Shown: in pieces, positions 57,232 to 64,000 of the stretch
How the letters are laid out: each line of letters opens with the position of its first letter
Numbering within the stretch: position 1 is the first letter of the stretch
NCBI GenBank assembly: GCA_035509055.1
Contig: DATJMA010000036.1
Span: 17,850 to 81,849 of the forward strand
Direction of reading: 5' to 3'
Length of the DNA stretch: 64,000 nucleotides
Source of the DNA: Bryobacteraceae bacterium
GTDB taxonomy: Bacteria > Acidobacteriota > Terriglobia > Bryobacterales > Bryobacteraceae
Notes under the pieces: model-generated
The model's database searches: none
What the model saw: only the letters and a program-made list of their open reading frames with translations
Told to the model about the DNA's origin: nothing
Translations under genes and position numbers: made by a program

Positions 57232-58182
57232 ATGAGGCCGATACACGTTATTGCTTTGCTGCTGGCAGGCGCCCTCGGCGGGGCCATGATCATGAAGGTC
57301 GTCCGCCCCGGCAAGCCCACGATTCCGGTGGCCGAGGTCGTGCCCGTTCAGCCGCCCGTAACGGTGCCCGCAACCGCAGCGCCCATAACGGCCGAACCCC
57401 TGGCTCCCGAACCGGCTCCGGTTGCCGTGGCCGAGCCGGCTAAGCCTTCGCCGATGCCACCGCCGGTGACCCATGCCATTACGCGCCCCATTGCGAAACC
57501 TCAGCGGGTCCATCCGTTAGTACCGTTGAGAGCCACTGCCACACCGGCGCCGCCGGCTCAACCGCAGCCTCCGGCGCCCGCGCCGGCGCCACCAGGCCCG
57601 ACCATACCTCCTCCACCCGTGAATGCGGAACCGCTCCAGGTCTCCGCGCCGGTCCCGGAGCCCCACCAGGTGACGCTGAACGCCGGTTTAGTTCTGCCGG
57701 TGCGCCTGGTGGATGGATTGTCCTCGGAACGGAATGTCCCCGGCGACCTCTTCATCGCCACGCTCGACAAAGAGCTTGTCGTGGAGGGATGGGTCATCGC
57801 CGATCGCGGCTCACGGGTGGAGGGGCGAGTAATTGCCATCGACCGGGCGCGAGCCGGACGATCCGCCGCAATGGCGCTGGAGTTGACCGGATTGCATACC
57901 ACCGACGGGCAGGCGGTACCCATCCAGACCGGCAGCTACTTCAAACACGCCGGTCCGCCGCAGATTGACAATGGCGCCAGGATCGCCGGAGGCGCGGTTT
58001 TGGGTGCTGTCATTGGCGCGATTGCGGGCGGCGGAAAAGGCGCGGCCATCGGGGCGGGAATCGGCGGGGGCGCGGGCGTGGGAGACACACTCCTGACTCG
58101 CCACCCCGCGCAGTTGCCGTCGGAGACCCTGATCACGTTCCAGCTGAAAAATCCCGTCCCGCTCACGGAGCAGTTCCACTAA
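57232..58182 (+). CDS. membrane-anchored hypothetical protein: TM helix, about 130-aa Pro-rich linker, beta-rich domain, Gly-zipper
   Basis: MRPIHVIALLLAGALGGAMIM (TM). PVQPPVTVPATAAPITAEPLAPEPAPVAV...PPAQPQPPAPAPAPPGPTIPPPP. GAVLGAVIGAIAGGGKGAAIGAGIGGGAG. Alternative GTG start at 57193. Confidence 0.6.
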   Translation: MRPIHVIALLLAGALGGAMIMKVVRPGKPTIPVAEVVPVQPPVTVPATAAPITAEPLAPEPAPVAVAEPAKPSPMPPPVTHAITRPIAKPQRVHPLVPLRATATPAPPAQPQPPAPAPAPPGPTIPPPPVNAEPLQVSAPVPEPHQVTLNAGLVLPVRLVDGLSSERNVPGDLFIATLDKELVVEGWVIADRGSRVEGRVIAIDRARAGRSAAMALELTGLHTTDGQAVPIQTGSYFKHAGPPQIDNGARIAGGAVLGAVIGAIAGGGKGAAIGAGIGGGAGVGDTLLTRHPAQLPSETLITFQLKNPVPLTEQFH

Positions 58183-58198
58183 GTCGCGGTTCCGCGAC
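58183..58198. terminator. short GC hairpin (GTCGCG-gttc-CGCGAC) between convergent genes
   Basis: Perfect 6-bp stem with 4-nt loop directly after the stop at 58182. No clear U-tract on either strand. Confidence 0.3.
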
Positions 58199-58214
58199 CG
58201 CATGATCAATTTTC

Positions 58215-59054
58215 CTAGCCCGTGCCTTTCACGGAAGCCAGCTTGCGATCCAACTTATCGAGTTCCTTGCGATAGAGCGGATTCCGCGGATAATCCCGTG
58301 CCAGCTCGCTGAGCAGTTGCCGCGCTTCCCGCGGCTTTTTCTCGCGCAGATCGATAATCCCCAGAAACACTTTGGCCAGCGGACCCAGATAGCGGCCCTC
58401 GCGCGCCACCAGTTCGAGATTCCGGACGCCCTTCTGCTTGTCGCCCGCCACGTTGTCGAAATGGACGAACCAGCGGATGAAAAACGGCAGGCTGCCCACC
58501 ATGTATTCGGAAAATCCCGCCGTCAGATAAGCGTCGTAGAATTTGGGATCGAGCCGGAGAAGCCGCTGCGCATATTCATTGGCGCGCCTCGCGGAGGTAA
58601 GGCTCGCGATCTGACGTTTTTCCACCAGCGCCATGTAATCGGTGGAAATGGCCGATATCACGCACATCGCAAAAAGCGAATCGCGGTCGTCCGGGTGCGA
58701 TTTGAGCACCGCGCCGGCGCGCCTGCGGGCCTCCTCGACCGCTTGCAGGAACTGTTGGCGCACGGTGGGATCGGGCTGCGGCCGCGTCTTCTCCACCAGC
58801 CGGTCGTCATCGGTGAGAAATTCGCTTTCGAGCGCGCCCAGCCGGTCGAGTTCCCAAAAGAGATATGCCGCGCCGCGGAAGGCGTACGGCAAAGGTTCCT
58901 CGGGATGTACGGCGATGTAGCTGTTCAGAGCGGCGTGCGCCGATGGAAAATCGAAATCGTAGAGCGCGTGGAGCGCGTCGTCTATGGTTGCTGGCTTCGC
59001 AGGTGCCGCCCACGCGGGACACGCCGCCGCCAGCAACAAAACGACCCACTTCAC
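58215..59054 (-). CDS. secreted alpha-helical (TPR-like) hypothetical protein, last gene of the kdp transcription unit
   Basis: The GTG at 59054 directly abuts the upstream stop (TAGGTG). MKWVVLLLAAACPAWAAPA signal. Helical repeat-like composition. No family recognised. Confidence 0.6.
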   Translation of the reverse strand: MKWVVLLLAAACPAWAAPAKPATIDDALHALYDFDFPSAHAALNSYIAVHPEEPLPYAFRGAAYLFWELDRLGALESEFLTDDDRLVEKTRPQPDPTVRQQFLQAVEEARRRAGAVLKSHPDDRDSLFAMCVISAISTDYMALVEKRQIASLTSARRANEYAQRLLRLDPKFYDAYLTAGFSEYMVGSLPFFIRWFVHFDNVAGDKQKGVRNLELVAREGRYLGPLAKVFLGIIDLREKKPREARQLLSELARDYPRNPLYRKELDKLDRKLASVKGTG

Positions 59055-60152
59055 CTAACGCCGCCTCTCCGACACGATTGTGATTTGCATATCGCGCGCC
59101 TGACGAACCACCTGCTGCACCGTGGTTTCGCGATATCGCTTCCACCAGGGCAAAGGCGCCGAACGTCCCATGAAAATCTGAGTGATACCCTGCGCGCGCG
59201 CGAATTTGGCGATGGCGCCCGAAACGTCACTACCTGGTAAGACGTGCGTATCGATGCGCAAGTTGCGGGCGAAACTCATATGGCGCTCCACGGCATCGCG
59301 ATCGTGCGTGGGGTCGCCTACGTGCACCGCCAGGCAATCCGCGTGGATGTAATCCGCCACACGCTTTCCCCGCCGGATCAGGATCGCCGACGACGGGCGC
59401 CCGGTGAGGCAGATCAGAATTCGCTCCTTTTTTACAGCAGTTTGCGGATCCGACGGCTCGCCCGGCACTTCGCCCAGCATGGCGGCCGCCCCGGCGGCGT
59501 CCAGCTTTTCTTCCACTTCGTGCGCCGTGTGGCGCAGCGCCATTTCGCGCAAGGCCGTGAGATTGGTCTCGGTGAAGAAATTCTCCATCGCACGGCGGGC
59601 CTTTTCCTGGGAATAGACCACCCCGCGCTCCAGCCGGTTCCGCAGGGCGCGCGGCGTCAGGTCCACAAATACCAGTTCGTCGGCTTCGTCCACTACCCAG
59701 TCGGGAACGGTTTCCCGCACGCGGATGCCGGTGGCGTGGAACACCTGGTCGTTGAGGCTCTCCAGATGTTGCACGTTCATGGTGGTGATCACGTCGATTC
59801 CAGCTTCCTGGAGGGCGTGCACATCCTGCCAGCGCTTGACGCGTTCGCTGCCGGGGACATTGGTGTGGGCGAATTCGTCCACCACCGCGATCTGCGGTTT
59901 GCGGCGGATCACCGCCTCACTGTCCATTTCTTCGAACTGCGACCCGTTGTAGATCAGTACGCGCCGGGGTACCACCTCCAGCCCTTCGGTCTTGGCGATG
60001 GTTTCCTTGCGGCCGTGCGGCTCGAAATACCCGATGACGATATCGGCGCCCTTTTGCCGCAGTTCCTGCGCCTCTTCCAGCATGCGGTACGTCTTGCCCA
60101 CGCCGGCGGCGTACCCCAGGTAGACTTTCAGCTTCCCCCTGCCGCTCACCAT
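59055..60152 (-). CDS. stand-alone KdpD N-terminal sensor domain + Usp-like domain protein (no histidine-kinase half)
   Basis: KLKVYLGYAAGVGKTYRMLEEAQELRQKGADIVIGYFEPHGRKET..., VDEFAHTNVPGSERVKRWQDVHALQEAGIDVITTMNVQHLESLND..IRVRETVPDWV..LRNRLERGVVY..FFTETNLTALREMALR: nearly the canonical KdpD N-terminal domain. Ends after the Usp-like segment. Confidence 0.85.
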   Translation of the reverse strand: MVSGRGKLKVYLGYAAGVGKTYRMLEEAQELRQKGADIVIGYFEPHGRKETIAKTEGLEVVPRRVLIYNGSQFEEMDSEAVIRRKPQIAVVDEFAHTNVPGSERVKRWQDVHALQEAGIDVITTMNVQHLESLNDQVFHATGIRVRETVPDWVVDEADELVFVDLTPRALRNRLERGVVYSQEKARRAMENFFTETNLTALREMALRHTAHEVEEKLDAAGAAAMLGEVPGEPSDPQTAVKKERILICLTGRPSSAILIRRGKRVADYIHADCLAVHVGDPTHDRDAVERHMSFARNLRIDTHVLPGSDVSGAIAKFARAQGITQIFMGRSAPLPWWKRYRETTVQQVVRQARDMQITIVSERRR

Positions 60153-61252
60153 GCGCTCCCGTGGGGAAACAGCCGGACGTCGAATCCTTCGGCGCCATCG
60201 ATCAGGCGGTCAATCGGACTGCGCGCCAGCCACGAGTGGCCCGGCCGCCCGGTGTGGCCCAAAAACAATTGCGTGATCCGCTGTTCGCGGGCGAATTGCA
60301 GGATGCTTTCGACGAAATCGGAGCCGCCGAGGCTGTGAACCTCGGCGCCCATTTCGCGCGCCATTGCCAGGTGTTTATCGAGTAGTTCGCGGTCCTTCGG
60401 AGGCAGGTCCGCTTGCTCGACATAGGCCGCGAGCAAGGCCCCGTGGAAGCGCAGTTTGTTGCGCTGCCCGCTGCGCAGCATATCGGCAGCGTTGCTGCGC
60501 GGCGTCAAACAGACCAGGATGCGCTCCTGCGCGCCCCACCGCGCCGCCACGCCGTGCGAATCGAGATATTCCTGCAACTGGTGATCGACGACGTCCGCCG
60601 CCAGCAGGAGGGCCAATTCGCGCAATTCGGCCAGGCAGCGGGCGTCCGGTAGAGAACTGTCTTTCTGGCGGTCGCGCAGCGCGTCCGGCGGCGCATCCAC
60701 CACCTCGATCTCGTCCGCCTCGTGCAGGAACGCCTCCGGGATGCTGTTGGAGGCCCGCTTTCCCGTGATCCGCTCCACCGCCGCCTGCTGCTCCGCGATG
60801 TGTTGCAGATTGACGGCTGTGATTACCGCGATCCCGCGGTCGAGCAGTTCGCTCACGTCCTGCCAGCGGTGGGGGTTGCGGCTTCCCGGCGGATTATCGT
60901 AAGCCAGCCCGTCGATGAGGCAGACCTGCGGGTGCCGGCGGAAAAGCGCCGACATGTCCATCACCTGGTAATCGCGCCCGGCATGCCTGGTGGGGATCGG
61001 CGGGACGATATCGAGACGGTTCAGAATCCCCTGAATCTCCGCCGTGACGCCCGATTGCAGCGCGCCCACCACAACGTCCTGCCCCCGTTCCTTGCGGCGC
61101 CGTCCCTCGTCGAACATGCGGAACGACTTGCCCACGCGCGACGCATAGCCAAGAAAGATTTTCAGCCGTCCGCGGTTTTCCCGCCGCTCATCGGCCTGCA
61201 CCTTGCGCAGTAATTCTTCGGGGTTGGGCCGGACATTGTCCACGCTCGGCAT
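60146..61252 (-). CDS. divergent paralog of the KdpD N-terminal sensor + Usp-like domain protein
   Basis: RLKIFLGYASRVGKSFRMFDEG...VVVGAL..., IDGLAYDNPPGSRNPHRWQDVSELLDRGIAVITAVNLQHI. Same architecture but weaker motif conservation. 7-nt overlap with the downstream paralog. Confidence 0.75.
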   Translation of the reverse strand: MPSVDNVRPNPEELLRKVQADERRENRGRLKIFLGYASRVGKSFRMFDEGRRRKERGQDVVVGALQSGVTAEIQGILNRLDIVPPIPTRHAGRDYQVMDMSALFRRHPQVCLIDGLAYDNPPGSRNPHRWQDVSELLDRGIAVITAVNLQHIAEQQAAVERITGKRASNSIPEAFLHEADEIEVVDAPPDALRDRQKDSSLPDARCLAELRELALLLAADVVDHQLQEYLDSHGVAARWGAQERILVCLTPRSNAADMLRSGQRNKLRFHGALLAAYVEQADLPPKDRELLDKHLAMAREMGAEVHSLGGSDFVESILQFAREQRITQLFLGHTGRPGHSWLARSPIDRLIDGAEGFDVRLFPHGSAW

Positions 61253-61288
61253 TTTCCCTAGGATAATCCGGCGCCCGGAATCTGGCCA

Positions 61289-61867
61289 TTACTTCTTTAC
61301 GGGATCGGCCTCGTCGAGTGCCAGGTTGAGTTTCAAAACGTTTACACGCGGCTCGCCCAGAACGCCGAACTGCCGGCCCTCGGTGTGGGACGCCACCAGG
61401 TTGCGCAAGGCGCCGGCGCTCATCCCGCGCGCCGCGGCCACACGTGGAATCTGCGCTTCGGCCGAGGCCGGGCTGATGTCCGGATCGAGCCCGCTGCCCG
61501 ATGCCGTTAAAAGGTCAGCGGGCAGCGGACCGGTCGCCGTGGGGTTGGCTTCGCGAAATTTCTTTAGGTCGCCCTGTACGCGGTCGATCAGGTGCTGGTT
61601 GGTCGGACCCAGATTCGACGGGCCGGACGCCAGCCCGTCATAGCCGTTACCGGCAGCGGAGGGACGGCCCTGGAAGTATTCCGGCCTGCTGAATTGCTGG
61701 CCGACAAGGTCCGAGCCGATCGCCTTTCCCTTCGACTGGATCAAGCTCCCATCCGCCTGCCGCGGAAAAATCGCCTGGGCGAGCCCGGTCACCAACAGCG
61801 GGTACGCCACGCCGGTCAGGATGGCGAATACCAGGGTCACGCGAAGAGCAATGATTAGCTGTTTCAT
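61289..61867 (-). CDS. kdpC: potassium-transporting ATPase subunit C
   Basis: [43 protein letters not shown]..., FQGRPSA..., [21 protein letters not shown]. Confidence 0.9.
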   Translation of the reverse strand: MKQLIIALRVTLVFAILTGVAYPLLVTGLAQAIFPRQADGSLIQSKGKAIGSDLVGQQFSRPEYFQGRPSAAGNGYDGLASGPSNLGPTNQHLIDRVQGDLKKFREANPTATGPLPADLLTASGSGLDPDISPASAEAQIPRVAAARGMSAGALRNLVASHTEGRQFGVLGEPRVNVLKLNLALDEADPVKK

Positions 61868-61883
61868 AAAAAGTCCTCACGCT

Positions 61884-63989
<2,106 letters not shown>

Positions 63990-64000
63990 CGTAGTTGCCA

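Overview
Visibly GC-rich, densely packed bacterial chromosomal segment. The gene content looks like Acidobacteriota of the Solibacter/Bryobacter type. It has three MacB-like 'ADOP' duplicated orphan permeases (one with an acidobacterial-type PadR), a TIGR03436-type VWA protein, and a decayed TIGR03437-type gene. It also has CarboxypepD_reg-fused TonB-dependent outer-membrane proteins and a PSCyt/DUF1549/DUF1553 + DUF1501 pair. I call about 55 protein-coding genes. Many neighbours are joined by 4-nt ATGA/GTGA start/stop overlaps or by zero spacing. Housekeeping content: mnmA plus a cysteine desulfurase, a ppiD-like chaperone, an aromatic supraoperon (trpC-trpF-trpB-trpA-chorismate mutase-DAHP synthase-tyrA), truB, ribBA, rnhA, dus and kdpB-kdpC. 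I saw no rRNA, tRNA, CRISPR array, transposase or integrase. Items most worth a second look: (1) two analogous modules pairing a small secreted Cys/His-rich protein with an outer-membrane barrel (32437-34071 and 44056-46791); (2) two tandem stand-alone KdpD N-terminal sensor paralogs with no kinase half, followed by a coupled secreted protein at the end of the kdp operon; (3) the PSCyt/DUF1553 + DUF1501 pair of unknown function; (4) a MARF1-like NYN + 2xLOTUS protein with a poly-Q/P linker; (5) a VapC-type PIN toxin whose cognate antitoxin is frameshifted and whose own ORF reads through a REP-like hairpin into the convergent gene; (6) a perfect 14-bp x3 tandem repeat in an intergenic spacer; (7) a tyrA whose Rossmann motif lies upstream of every canonical start codon. 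All family assignments come from motif recognition by eye. No searches were run.
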